From assembly GCA_965212015.1 (NCBI GenBank), contig OZ243037.1, positions 352,001 to 416,000 of the forward strand: a DNA stretch of 64,000 nt, given 5' to 3'. This DNA is from Cenarchaeum sp. (GTDB taxonomy: Archaea > Thermoproteota > Nitrososphaeria > Nitrososphaerales > Nitrosopumilaceae). Positions 9,339-19,424 of the stretch are shown piece by piece. The notes under the pieces are model-generated. The model was not told the DNA's origin, did no database searches, and saw nothing but the letters and a program-made list of their open reading frames with translations. Every line of letters begins with the position of its first letter. Position 1 is the stretch's first letter. The position numbers and the translations under genes were made by a program.

Positions 9339-9416
9339 CTCCACTGTAATGACTCATGCAGACGCCGGCTCGATCCGGCAACTGATACGGTTTTTTGAGT
9401 GATAGAGCTGCAGGAG

Positions 9417-9473
9417 GCAATAGGTTGGATTCAAGAGGGATGCCTGAATCAGGCACGGGCCTAGCCGCTTATT
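9417..9473 (+). mobile_element. Degenerate copy of the 60-bp MITE-like element
   Basis: GCAATAGGTTGGATTCAAGAGGGATGCCTGAATC-AGGCACGGGCCTAGCCGCTTAT aligns to the copy at 9481-9540. Confidence 0.55.
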
Positions 9474-9480
9474 GCGGGGG

Positions 9481-9540
9481 GTAACAGGTTGGGTTCAAGA
9501 TGGATGTTTGGATCTACAGGCACCGGACCTAACCGGTTAC
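9481..9540 (+). mobile_element. 60-bp MITE-like element with imperfect ~15-bp terminal inverted repeats
   Basis: GTAACAGGTTGGGTT...GACCTAACCGGTTAC; equal-length homologues at 14437-14496 and 39551-39610. Confidence 0.7.
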
Positions 9541-10390
9541 CTTTGTATTGACCTAACATTTTTAAAGCACAAAAAATAATGTGTTGATCTGGTGAATAAA
9601 ATGGAAATAATCTATGACGGCGACGAAAAAATCGAAATTGCCTGTTCGTATGATACCATCGAGGAAGCACTAGCAGCGCTAAAATCAGACGAATGATATG
9701 AACAGCAAATCTATTTCTTTATCCAAGGATTTCAGGGGGCAATGTGGTGATAGAACAGAGAATCGTGAGCACATAGACAAGGCAATGAAAAAACTCGTCA
9801 AGACCATGGAATGCACCGCAACACGGTCTTTGGTTTAAGAAAAGTTTTTTATTAAAATCGAGGGATCTGGGGAAATAATACGCGTATTATCCACATCATC
9901 GTCCAAGATAATATTTCAAAGATTCGAATGGCACGTTTATTGCGGGCAATCATGCAACCCAGATTCCCCCCAAACTTGAGGATTGCTTTGTGTCCCATCT
10001 TGGTGGAAAATCCGACATGTTTGTGTGATTACCGCAATCGGATCGATCCGGATTCCACATACCAGGCAGACGCCGCTGCTTGTCCCAGTATATGGCGATT
10101 CGATTCCTAGGTGGAGGCTGCCGGCGGTTTGTCTGTGATGTGCAGGCCATACCTCATGTATTGGCCCTTTGGGACAGATTTGCCGCCATAACGGGGGGCA
10201 TTCTGGCACACACGGGACGTCAAAAAGGCCGAATCCCGCCGGACAGGCCCGATCAGGGCGTTTTAGGACAAAGGTGACAGGTGCGATCAGAATAGGGCAG
10301 GGCCAATGGCTGGCAGTCATATTTCCGCATATTACAATTGCGGGCAGTTACCGGATGGATTTAAATAGGATATGCTTGTGCCCATTAAAC

Positions 10391-10498
10391 ATGGCAAGTG
10401 CAGCAGATGGATGGCCGGTTTGGATTCCGTTAATCGTCGGATTGGCACCGGGACTAGTTTACTGGTTTGCAATCACGGCAATGAAGAAACGCCGCTAA
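10391..10498 (+). CDS. Small single-TM membrane protein (35 aa)
   Basis: MASAADGWPVWIPLIVGLAPGLVYWFAITAMKKRR; TTTAAATA box at leaderless spacing upstream. Confidence 0.65.
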   Translation: MASAADGWPVWIPLIVGLAPGLVYWFAITAMKKRR

Positions 10499-10707
10499 AA
10501 ACTATACCGCTTACACACTTTTTCTTTACTATCCACTAGTCTATGCGTATCAGGCTCCCGATCGCCGGGGTCAAAAACGGACATCAAACTGTGTGGTTTT
10601 ATCCACCCAAGCACAGGGCCCTCCGCTAATTGGGTAAAACGTGCTAAACCACCTTGTTTATAATATGATATGAGACATGTGATTAACACCTGCTACAGTT
10701 AGACTGC

Positions 10708-11772
10708 ATGAAGAAAACCGCATCCGTGCTGCTTTTGACCCTGATGCTGTTTCCCCTCCAGGGGGGATTCTCACAGATTTACGATACCGGCTCCACGCTG
10801 GGGGTGGCCACTACCAGCTATAGCCCGTACACCTACGAGTCCGATGACGGCCACACCGTGATTACCGGCGAGATTGAAAACAAGCTGGACTTTCCAGTCA
10901 CTGGTGTGACCATATGGGGGGGATTCTATGACGGCGTGCGCGAATCCCCGCTTGAATCAGTCATAGGCTCCTCTGTTTTGGACGTCATTCCGGCAAAGGG
11001 CAAATCGCCATACAAGCTAGTCTCTACAAGCCCCAACCCCGAGATTACCAACGTGTCGGTTTTAGTGCAGGGATTCACATCCACTGGGGAAAAACTCCGG
11101 GAGCTCAGTCTTGCACAGAATTCGCTTGAAGTCACAGACAGGCTCGCATACGCGGGAACCATCACAAACAACGCCGGCACTGTATCCCAGCAGACCAAGG
11201 TCCACCTGGCAATGTATGACAGATTCGAGCCCCCAAGACTGCTGCGCATCATCACGCAGGAGCTAGAGGACATACCGCCCGGCGGCTCGTCGGGGTTTTC
11301 ATTCGATGAAACGCACATACAGCAGACAGTCCGGCTGGCAGTGTTTGCAGAATCAGACAACTCGCTCTCCAACATTCTGGATGCGAATGTTCCGGCCCCG
11401 GGTTTTCTCACAAAACAGGTAACGATAAACGACGTCTCGATTCACGACGCAGGCGGGGAAAAGATTTCGGACATTCCCGTAAACTCTAATGTCACAATAA
11501 AGGGCAACATCTGGATACAGGTGCTCACCGCAGACGAGCAGCTGGATCACGACTATGTGTACTATACACAGGTCAAGCAGTTTGGCAAAAACCCGGTAAT
11601 AGAGTACCTCGGCTCGTCGGCGGGGCATTTTGACAGGCCGGAGTCCCAGTCCCCCGAGGTAAGCTGGACGCCGGAAAACAAGGGCCTGTACTTTGTCGAG
11701 ACGTACGTGTGGGATTCGGACGGGATTCCGCTGGCGGCAAAGGGGCCAATCGTGCTTGTGGCGGTAAGCTAG
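10708..11772 (+). CDS. Exported hypothetical protein with beta-sandwich (FxLYD-like) domains
   Basis: Signal peptide; repeated GEIEN...FYD and GTITN...MYD segments; C-terminal SWTPENKGLYFVETYVW. Confidence 0.8.
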   Translation: MKKTASVLLLTLMLFPLQGGFSQIYDTGSTLGVATTSYSPYTYESDDGHTVITGEIENKLDFPVTGVTIWGGFYDGVRESPLESVIGSSVLDVIPAKGKSPYKLVSTSPNPEITNVSVLVQGFTSTGEKLRELSLAQNSLEVTDRLAYAGTITNNAGTVSQQTKVHLAMYDRFEPPRLLRIITQELEDIPPGGSSGFSFDETHIQQTVRLAVFAESDNSLSNILDANVPAPGFLTKQVTINDVSIHDAGGEKISDIPVNSNVTIKGNIWIQVLTADEQLDHDYVYYTQVKQFGKNPVIEYLGSSAGHFDRPESQSPEVSWTPENKGLYFVETYVWDSDGIPLAAKGPIVLVAVS

Positions 11773-11780
11773 GATCCGGC

Positions 11781-12245
11781 GTGAAGCGGTTTGATCTAGT
11801 GGCAACTGGCGGCACCTTTGATGTCATCCACCGCGGCCACCTCGCGCTGCTTGCCGAATCGTTTGCCGTCTCAAGGATGGTAATAATAGGGCTGACCGGC
11901 GACGAGCTTGCCACAAAAAGGCGCAAAAAACCGCTCAACGGATATGCCGCAAGATCAAAGTCGCTTGAGGCAGTGATCAGAGAAAAATTCTCCGGCGCCA
12001 GATACAAAATAGTCCGGCTTGATGACGATTTCGGCCCCGCTGCCATCACGGGGGACATTGAGGCCCTAGTCGTAAGCCAGGAGACCAGCCGGCAGGGTGC
12101 CGCCCTCAACAGGCTCCGCAGGGACAGCGGCATGCCCAAAGTCAGCATCATTATTGTTCCAATGGTGCTAGCAGACGACGGCAGGAGGATATCCAGCTCC
12201 AGGATAAGGAGCTCCGAGATCGACCCGGAGGGCAATTTGCGGTGA
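11781..12245 (+). CDS. coaD: Phosphopantetheine adenylyltransferase (archaeal type)
   Basis: GGTFDVIHRGH (HxGH), LVVSQET, ISSSRIR; GTG start at 11781. Confidence 0.88.
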   Translation: MKRFDLVATGGTFDVIHRGHLALLAESFAVSRMVIIGLTGDELATKRRKKPLNGYAARSKSLEAVIREKFSGARYKIVRLDDDFGPAAITGDIEALVVSQETSRQGAALNRLRRDSGMPKVSIIIVPMVLADDGRRISSSRIRSSEIDPEGNLR

Positions 12246-12309
12246 TTTGACAAGATGCTCGCCTATCTTTGAGCGACCCGGATAAAGTCAAAATCCCCGA
12301 GGGGCGTCT

Positions 12310-12639
12310 GTGACAGTCATAAGACACATGATGAAAAAACTGGATGACGACGTGCGAAACCTAAAGGACGGGCTTGATCCCAAGAACCTGGCCTTTTGGT
12401 ACGGGGAGATAATCAGGGACACAATCGAGATGGCCCCGCCGTGGCTGGAGGACAAGATCAAGGTGAGCCAGGATCCCATACTGCAGATGAAGTTCAACCT
12501 GGACATCTCAAAGCGCGCAGTCCGGTACTTTATGATGGCCGTGGACTGTAGGATCGGGCAGATGCCGTATTCCACCAGGCTTTACTTTCTCAAGGTCCAG
12601 CACATAATGGAGTCAGAAATGGACCGGTCACTTGTCTAG
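12310..12639 (+). CDS. Hypothetical protein
   Basis: Well-formed 109 aa ORF between housekeeping genes. Confidence 0.75.
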   Translation: MTVIRHMMKKLDDDVRNLKDGLDPKNLAFWYGEIIRDTIEMAPPWLEDKIKVSQDPILQMKFNLDISKRAVRYFMMAVDCRIGQMPYSTRLYFLKVQHIMESEMDRSLV

Positions 12640-12914
12640 GACTTTGTAATCTCGACTGTGCTGCCAGACGTGGCAGCGCCAGTTATGCCGTGCTCTTTTT
12701 CCAACACCGACTGCAAAAAGTCGGCTATCAGCTCTACGTTTGCGGCATCTTGCAGCACCACGCTGTGCGCCGACTTGTCCTTGAGCGCCACGACAAGCTC
12801 AGTCCCCACTATGTTCAGTATCTCCGTGATGAACGTCTCGCTGTCCCTGACAAAGATCAGGCTGGCCAGCTTTTGGGCCTCGTACTTGTCCTGGCAGGCA
12901 ATGCTGATTTTCAT
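12636..12914 (-). CDS. Hypothetical protein, translationally coupled to trpS
   Basis: 92 aa; its start overlaps the trpS stop (ATGA overlap). Confidence 0.8.
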   Translation of the reverse strand: MKISIACQDKYEAQKLASLIFVRDSETFITEILNIVGTELVVALKDKSAHSVVLQDAANVELIADFLQSVLEKEHGITGAATSGSTVEITKS

Positions 12915-14020
12915 GTCTCGAGGAGGAACCTGTCCATCATACCCCTTGCCTTTTCCCTGTTTTTCTGGTGTTCTGCAAGAAACGAGTTTATCTTTTCAAT
13001 CAGAATCGCCTTGAGCTCCCCGGTCAGCAGCGCGCCGGACTCGTAATCGGCGCGGATTTTTTCCAGCTTTGCGTCGTCTGGCTCAAAGAACATCCGCAGG
13101 TACTGGTACGACACGTCAATCTCGGGGTCTCCTCCCATCTTTTTGTGCTGCTCTACGTCGGACTGCCCCCCGGAAAACGCATACTTGTTGATCTTTTTTT
13201 TCACCGCCGCCGGACTGTCGGTGGTAAAGACGGTCCCGTTCTCGTCAGATGCGGACATTTTTCCGCCTGCGCCGTACAGCGTGGGGACCATGACGTTGTG
13301 AATGAGTGCGGGCTTTGTTTTGCCCATTTTCGGCGCAATGTCCCGGGTCAGCCTAAAGTGCGGATCCTGATCCACGCCGAGCGGAATCAGCACGGGCCGG
13401 TCCTCGATAAAGCACGGCGCGGACTGTAGCGACGTGTAAAAGATCATGCCCAGGTTGGTCTCGTTTGTAAAGCCAAACACCGCCTTTGTGTTCGAAAAGT
13501 TGAGCCGTTTTGCCACCTGTGCCGCCATCGGGTACAGAGTGGCAATGTCCCTTGTGTTTATGATTATCTTTGTCTTTTTTGGATCAAAGCCCAGCGCGAT
13601 AAAGTCAAGTGCGTTTTCGTACGCAAATCCCTCGGTCTCCTCCAGCGTGAGATCCTGCTTTGCAAAGAACTTTTCGTCGTCGGTGAGCTGAAAATACATG
13701 TTTGCGCCAAACTTGTCCTGGAGCCATTTTGCAAACACCCACGGAACCAGGTGGCCTATGTGGGTGTGCCCCGACGGGCCGCGCCCCGTATACATGAAAA
13801 AGCCCCCGCCGCCCTCGTGCGCATCGAGGATCATTCCAAGATCCCGGTGCGAGAAAAAAACGCCGCGCCTCAGCATAAAGTGATCCTCGCCTGTAATCTG
13901 CCTCATCCTCTCGCGCAGCCCCGCAGTTATCCGCTCGGTGCCAAACTGCCTGACTAGCTTGTCATAGTCAATCCTGCCCTCCACCTGCCAGGGGGTGACT
14001 GTGAAATCGTCTGCTGCCAT
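12911..14020 (-). CDS. trpS: Tryptophanyl-tRNA synthetase
   Basis: MAADDFTVTPWQVEG; YTGRGPS, HIGH, DQDPHFR, KMSAS. The ORF-track extension to 14488 is spurious. Confidence 0.96.
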   Translation of the reverse strand: MAADDFTVTPWQVEGRIDYDKLVRQFGTERITAGLRERMRQITGEDHFMLRRGVFFSHRDLGMILDAHEGGGGFFMYTGRGPSGHTHIGHLVPWVFAKWLQDKFGANMYFQLTDDEKFFAKQDLTLEETEGFAYENALDFIALGFDPKKTKIIINTRDIATLYPMAAQVAKRLNFSNTKAVFGFTNETNLGMIFYTSLQSAPCFIEDRPVLIPLGVDQDPHFRLTRDIAPKMGKTKPALIHNVMVPTLYGAGGKMSASDENGTVFTTDSPAAVKKKINKYAFSGGQSDVEQHKKMGGDPEIDVSYQYLRMFFEPDDAKLEKIRADYESGALLTGELKAILIEKINSFLAEHQKNREKARGMMDRFLLET

Positions 14021-14119
14021 ACGAGCCTGACTTGGGACGCACTTTAAAAAAGTCTTTACGCCCAAAATCTGGCCCGGCCTGCGGCAAGTTTTTGTAGCCG
14101 TGGCAGCAGCGTACGTACA

Positions 14120-14296
14120 ATGAAGATAAGTTGGGACGAGAATGTCTGCATCCATTCTGCAAAGTGCGTAAAGAGCCTTCCATCCGTGTTTGCAGTGCGT
14201 GACGGAAAATTCGTCATTACCCAGGACGGCGCGCCGCAGGATCAGATAAAAAACACAGTCGAGCAGTGTCCGTCCAAGGCGCTGAAAATCGACTAG
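14120..14296 (+). CDS. Small divergent 4Fe-4S mono-cluster protein (Fer4_19/YjdI-like), 58 aa, missing from the ORF track
   Basis: MKISWDENVCIHSAKCVKSLPSVF...VEQCPSKALKID carries the CxHSxxC...CPS signature. Confidence 0.85.
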   Translation: MKISWDENVCIHSAKCVKSLPSVFAVRDGKFVITQDGAPQDQIKNTVEQCPSKALKID

Positions 14297-14436
14297 CCCG
14301 GAATCGGGCATTTTTCCCTTTTTTGATCCGCAGGGCGGGCCCGGAAGGCCGGCCATACACCATTCCATACGCCATTCCATACAACAGACCAAACAGGTGC
14401 ATGCCAAATCCGGCAGGCGCAATGCGCATTGCCAGG

Positions 14437-14496
14437 GCAATCGGTTAGATCCGGCGCCTGCGGATCCAAACATCCCTCTTGGATCCAACCTGTTAC
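14437..14496 (-). mobile_element. 60-bp MITE-like element flanked by the 8-bp target-site duplication TTGCCAGG
   Basis: Reverse copy of 9481-9540; TTGCCAGG at 14429-14436 and 14497-14504. Confidence 0.75.
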
Positions 14497-14544
14497 TTGC
14501 CAGGCAACCAAAGATTAAAATGATTAAAAGCGGATGTATTTCAT

Positions 14545-14754
14545 ATGAACCTGCAGGCAGTAATCTGGAAAGAAGAAGACATGTACATCATCAAGGAAAC
14601 CCATACCGGAGTTACAACCCAGGGCAGCACCATAGAAATGGCAACAGAGAACATAAAAGAAGCAGTCCGCCTCTACCTTGAGGAGGTACCGGATGCAAAA
14701 AATGTCATCAAGGATATGGATGTGATCGGTACAATAAATGTCAAAATTTCCTAG
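14545..14754 (+). CDS. hicB: HicB-family antitoxin
   Basis: AVIWKEEDMY...GVTTQGSTIEMATENIKEAVRLYLEE. Confidence 0.85.
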   Translation: MNLQAVIWKEEDMYIIKETHTGVTTQGSTIEMATENIKEAVRLYLEEVPDAKNVIKDMDVIGTINVKIS

Positions 14755-14951
14755 AATTTCAGGAGCTGAAATGATACGCGTGCTTGTAAAGGAGTTTGGA
14801 TTTAAAGCGGTGCGTCAAATTGCACAAGTTTGCAGAAGATAAAAAAACAGCCACTGTTGTGCCACTATATCGGGAGATCAAAGCCGGGACTGCTCTTGGT
14901 ATTTTAGCACTTTGATCCATTAAAAAAGAGGAATTTCTCAGCAAACTATAG
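14738..14951 (+). pseudogene. hicA: HicA toxin pseudogene (frameshift, GSH motif lost, internal stop)
   Basis: MSKFPRISGAEMIRVLVKEFGFKAVRQ, then a frame change to ...TVVPLYREIKAGTALGILAL*SIKKEEFLSKL*. Confidence 0.75.
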
Positions 14952-15089
14952 ATGCGCAAAAAAATTCGCAAGTGACAAAATCCGATTTGGCCGTCGGGAA
15001 TTCTATCCAAAAGGCCGTCCGAGTCATACGAATTGCGCCCATAAGGGAACGATGTTTCTGCGTGCACTTGCCCGAGAAAAGCCGGAGAC

Positions 15090-15310
15090 CCGCCGTCTTT
15101 GAGGAGCTCGTACCGATGGACAAGTCCGATAAACTCCGGATCGTGCCATCCGCAAACAAACGGCAAGATTGGACGGTTCTTTAGTATTGGGGAGATTTGC
15201 CACTATGACGGCGTTACGGCATGCATGGGGTATTATAACGAGGAGACTGCATTTCTTGCCGGACACGGAGGCCAGGCCCCGATGAGGGCGTTTTACCATA
15301 TGGGCGGCAG
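15090..15310 (+). pseudogene. Integrase-core (IS481/IS3-like) transposase remnant
   Basis: HPQTNGKIGRFF...YYNEE...GGQAPMRAF resembles the family pattern HPQTNGKIERF...YYNxxRPH...TP. Confidence 0.6.
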
Positions 15311-15438
15311 ATGTGATCAGAGAACAGGGCCCAAATGGACGGGGTAGAGTCAAATGAGTGGCCGATATGATTTCCGTACACCACACATTACAGTCCCGCC
15401 TCATAGGGTTAAATAGCCTTTTGAGGAACTTTTTGCCG

Positions 15439-16827
15439 TTGGCACAAGTTTTTCACGAGATTGAAAAAAAAATCATCGGTGCGCTGCGGGAAAAAAACGG
15501 CCAGGGCCTGCAGGAATTGGAATCAACAACCGGCCTCCTGCCGGATCAGCTGAGGCGGGGAATGGAATGGCTGAGGCTAAAGAACCTGGCATCTGTGAAA
15601 GAATCCCGGCAGACGCACATATCGCTTGGAAAAAACGGCCTTTATGCCCTGTTAAACGGCCTGCCAGAGCGCCAGCTGCTTGATCTGCTCGCAGACGGCC
15701 CAAGACCGGTACTAGAGCTGCAAGAAAAGCTAAAACACCTTTTCGGGCCGGCGATGGGAATCGCAAAAAGGAACAACTGGATTTCCGGCAAGGAGACCGT
15801 ATCGCGGACTGGTGTGAATCCCGCGCTGCCCGAGGAGGCACTCATCAGACAAATAGGCCGCATCAGGATTCCAAAATCAGAGCTGGGCGACCAGGACACG
15901 CTTGCGCTGCTTGGAAAAAGGCCGGATTTTGTAGTCGAAGAGACGGCAAAGTCAGTCACAGTCAGCCTGTTGGACCCGGCACTCAAAGTCGGCGCCGGTG
16001 CGTCCGATTCTGCAATCGACGTGGAGGCCGACGTGCCTGCGGCATACATTGCAAGGACCAACCCGCTGAGCGACACAATCAGGGAGATACGCGAAATCTT
16101 TGTCACGCTCGGGTTCTCAGAGATAGCAGGAAATCTTTCCCAGTCCAGCTTTTGGAACTTTGATGCGCTCTTTACGCCGCAGGACCACCCGGCGCGCGAG
16201 ATGCACGACACGTTTTACCTCGACGGCATACGCTCAGAGCGGTTTGCCACGGCGCAGCAGATGCGCCAGGTGTCTCAGTCCCACAGGAAAAACTGGGGGC
16301 AGGACTGGAGTGCCGCGCAGGCAAGGCGGACTGTTCTGCGGACCCACACCACGTGCGTCACGATAAGGCATCTTGCGCAAAACAGGCCAGACGAGGCCAG
16401 GGTCTTTTCGCTGGGACGCGTGTTCAGGAACGAAAAGGCAAGCTACAAGCACCTAGTCGAGTTCAACCAGGTCGAGGGAATAGTCACCGGCGCAGACGCC
16501 ACGCTGCGCGAACTGATGGGAATCCAGCTAGAGTTCTATCGCAGAATCGGCCTCGAGAGGGTAAAGTTCTGGCCCACGTTTTTTCCGTACACCGAGCCGT
16601 CGCTGCAGACCATGGTGTACAACCAGAGGCTCAAAAAGTGGGTGGAGCTCTTTGGGATGGGGATATTCCGGCCGGAGGTCACAAGACCGCTGGGAATAAG
16701 CAGGCCCGTCCTGGCATGGGGCGGCGGCATTGAGAGAATCGCCATGATAAAGTACGGCATTGACGACGTAAGGGAGTTTTACAATAACGATCTCAAGTGG
16801 ATGAGGGGTGCGGCAAAATGCCAGTAG
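15439..16827 (+). CDS. pheS: Phenylalanyl-tRNA synthetase alpha subunit
   Basis: FWNFDALFTPQDHPAREMHDTF, LRTHTT, VFRNE, FFPYTEPS, AWGGGIER; probable TTG start at 15439. Confidence 0.96.
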   Translation: MAQVFHEIEKKIIGALREKNGQGLQELESTTGLLPDQLRRGMEWLRLKNLASVKESRQTHISLGKNGLYALLNGLPERQLLDLLADGPRPVLELQEKLKHLFGPAMGIAKRNNWISGKETVSRTGVNPALPEEALIRQIGRIRIPKSELGDQDTLALLGKRPDFVVEETAKSVTVSLLDPALKVGAGASDSAIDVEADVPAAYIARTNPLSDTIREIREIFVTLGFSEIAGNLSQSSFWNFDALFTPQDHPAREMHDTFYLDGIRSERFATAQQMRQVSQSHRKNWGQDWSAAQARRTVLRTHTTCVTIRHLAQNRPDEARVFSLGRVFRNEKASYKHLVEFNQVEGIVTGADATLRELMGIQLEFYRRIGLERVKFWPTFFPYTEPSLQTMVYNQRLKKWVELFGMGIFRPEVTRPLGISRPVLAWGGGIERIAMIKYGIDDVREFYNNDLKWMRGAAKCQ

Positions 16828-18440
16828 TGGAGCTGGACTATGCCAGGCTGTGCCGGCTTGCCGGCACGAGATCCCGCAAAAAAATCGCCGACGCGCTTCC
16901 CTACCTGGGACTCGACATCGAAGGCGTGATCAAAGGCGGGGTAAAAGTCGAGTACAGCCCCAACCGTCCGGACTATTCCACAGACTATGGGATTGCCAAC
17001 GGGCTGCAGGGTATTATGGGGCTCAAAAGGGGCATGATCCGGCAGCGCCTCAAAAATTCAGGATACTCGCTCAGGGCAGATCCCGCCGTGTCGCCCATAC
17101 GGCCCTTTGTGAGTGCCGTCGCCGCAAGAAACGGAGTCATTGACAGTCACGCGCTAGGACAGTTAATCGCAATGCAGGAGGATTTGCATTCCGGCATAGG
17201 ACGGGGGCGCAAAAAATCATCGATGGGAATCCACGACATGGACAAAATCTCGTTTCCCGTAAGGTATACCGTTGCAGACAAAAGCCACAGGTTTGTTCCG
17301 CTTGGCTCAGAAACCGAACAGCCGGTGGGCGAGATTCTTGCAGGCTCCAAGGTCGGAAGGGAATACGGCCACATACTTGGCGATTCCGGCCTGGTTCCAC
17401 TGATCGTGGACTCGGACGGCAGCACGGTGTCGCTTCCGCCAATAATCAACGCCGCATCCACCAGGGTCACCACCAATACCACGAACCTCCTAGTGGAGGT
17501 CACCGGAACCGGCAGGGACGACGTCGAAGACGCCCTGTCCGTGACTGCTATGATTCTGCAAAGCGCCGGCTTTGAGATGCATGCGGTAAACATATCGGGG
17601 GCGAAAAACTCGACTCCGCAGCTAAAGCCCAGAAGGGTTGCAATCGGCGCGGATCTGGTGCGCGACACGCTGGGCCTTGATCTGTCCGCCGGCCAGATAG
17701 CGACGGCCCTCAGAAAATGCAGGCTGGATGCGTCAGTAAGCGGCAAAAGCGTACGGTGTATGGTGCCGCGGTACCGCTTTGACATATTTGGATCCATGGA
17801 CCTAGTCGAGGAAGTCGCGCTGGGATACGGCATACAGAACATTTTGCCCGCACGGCTGCTGCCGCAGGCACCGGGCCGGAGACACCGCCCCTCCGTACTG
17901 CTAGACGGGATTGCGTCGGTAATGACCAAGCTCGGATACATGGAGGCGCTCAACTCCGGCCTGACTAGCAGGCGCCTCCTGTACGAGAGCACCATGCGGG
18001 ATCCCGCAAAAAACATCACAGTTGCAGATTCCAAGAGCTCAGAGCACACGGTCCTGCGGGACTCGCTTCTGCCCGGCCTGCTTGGGAACCTGGCAAAAAA
18101 CATACACGAGCAGTACCCGCAAAAGCTCTTTGAGACCGGGACCGTCTTTGGCAGGGCCCGCAGCATCACAGAAGAGACACGCCTTTGCGCGGCAAGCTCC
18201 CACGGCGGCGCAAGCTATAGCGAGGCAAAATCGGTCCTGCAGGCACTGGCGGGATCCATATACGGCATGACGTGCACTACGAGGGCCGCCGATTACCCGG
18301 TCTTTGAAAAGGGCCGCGCAGCACTGGTGCTGCTCGACGAAAGGCCAGTCGGCGTCATCGGGGAGGTCGACTCATCAGTCAGGGCCAATTTCAAGCTGCG
18401 CGAGCCTGCGTCATGCTTTGAGATAACGGTGTCCGCATGA
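16818..18440 (+). CDS. pheT: Phenylalanyl-tRNA synthetase beta subunit
   Basis: MPVVEL...YSPNRPD, SLPPIIN, VPRYRFDI...DLVEEVALGYG, LRDSLLPGLL. Confidence 0.95.
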   Translation: MPVVELDYARLCRLAGTRSRKKIADALPYLGLDIEGVIKGGVKVEYSPNRPDYSTDYGIANGLQGIMGLKRGMIRQRLKNSGYSLRADPAVSPIRPFVSAVAARNGVIDSHALGQLIAMQEDLHSGIGRGRKKSSMGIHDMDKISFPVRYTVADKSHRFVPLGSETEQPVGEILAGSKVGREYGHILGDSGLVPLIVDSDGSTVSLPPIINAASTRVTTNTTNLLVEVTGTGRDDVEDALSVTAMILQSAGFEMHAVNISGAKNSTPQLKPRRVAIGADLVRDTLGLDLSAGQIATALRKCRLDASVSGKSVRCMVPRYRFDIFGSMDLVEEVALGYGIQNILPARLLPQAPGRRHRPSVLLDGIASVMTKLGYMEALNSGLTSRRLLYESTMRDPAKNITVADSKSSEHTVLRDSLLPGLLGNLAKNIHEQYPQKLFETGTVFGRARSITEETRLCAASSHGGASYSEAKSVLQALAGSIYGMTCTTRAADYPVFEKGRAALVLLDERPVGVIGEVDSSVRANFKLREPASCFEITVSA

Positions 18441-18821
18441 GCTGATCGGCGCCGGCATGGCGGATTCGGAAAAACGGCGCATGCGCGGTTTTTTGCGCAG
18501 GACGCTTTGTGCCCGATGGTCTAGTTAATATTTGACTTTGCACGACGAGATGTGCCTCAAGAGCAAGCATGCAGACGGATCAGGATGATGTTGATCGTAG
18601 TGATGCCGGTGATTTCTGATTCACCCAGGCGTGTTACATTATGGGGCACCCCGGTTTCAGAACCCAGGGAGGTATTGGCTAAAACACCAATGAGCTTGTG
18701 CGAGTCAGAACCGGGGGACATGTCATTCTGCGGCAGGCCTGCCCGAGGCGATAAAAACCATCCCGTGGGTTTACAATGTTGCATTATTTTGGTATAATAA
18801 TGCGCAGGTGGATGGCATTAT

Positions 18822-19007
18822 ATGAACAGATCGGCGTGGTGGTTTGTGCTTCCGATCGCCTTTGGCATCCTGGGATCCGCAATAGCATGGTCAAAGATCA
18901 GACACGACGATCCGGAGCTTGTAAAGTGGATAATGATATTTGGCGCCGTAAAGTCAGTCTGCGATGCGGTGGGCATAGTACATCTGGGCTCCGTCCTTGG
19001 CGCATGA
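18822..19007 (+). CDS. Small membrane protein
   Basis: RSAWWFVLPIAFGILGSAIAWSKIRHDDP; two hydrophobic segments. Confidence 0.6.
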   Translation: MNRSAWWFVLPIAFGILGSAIAWSKIRHDDPELVKWIMIFGAVKSVCDAVGIVHLGSVLGA

Positions 19008-19095
19008 GATCCCGCTGCCGGAGGGAGGGGCCACGGCCAAATGCCGCACACGGGCAAACAAAAACTAGATTAAATGACTGCCATACTGTCCCTTC

Positions 19096-19383
19096 ATGGA
19101 CAGGATAGACTATGAGGGGACAGTCTGGGCCATCAACCACAACAATCCGGAGCTCCTGGTGGAGCACTCGGTAAAGAAGCTCCAGGACTATGGGGTCCGA
19201 AAGGAGGACATAACCCTCACCGACGCGCCTGAAAACATCAAAATAGGCGCCATTGTAGTCGAGATTTGGCCGCATCACCTCGACATAACGAGGGTAAGGA
19301 CGATTAGAAACGAGTCATTCATCAGCGGAACGGTCATGACCATACCGCTCAAGACCGATGAGCACGGCAAATACGTGGATTGA
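19096..19383 (+). CDS. Hypothetical protein
   Basis: Well-formed 95 aa ORF with an upstream TATA-like TTAAAT. Confidence 0.75.
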   Translation: MDRIDYEGTVWAINHNNPELLVEHSVKKLQDYGVRKEDITLTDAPENIKIGAIVVEIWPHHLDITRVRTIRNESFISGTVMTIPLKTDEHGKYVD

Positions 19384-19424
19384 TTATCTTAATATAGGCA
19401 TTATTTTGTTCCAAGTTCAGTAAC

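Noticed and set aside
9417-9540. CRISPR array suggested by two adjacent similar repeats
   Set aside because: The units are ~60 bp with only a ~7-bp gap, there are no spacers or cas genes, and further copies are dispersed.
14021-14488. Long N-terminal extension of TrpRS
   Set aside because: It overlaps a real opposite-strand Fe-S gene and a MITE. The recognisable TrpRS begins at 14020.
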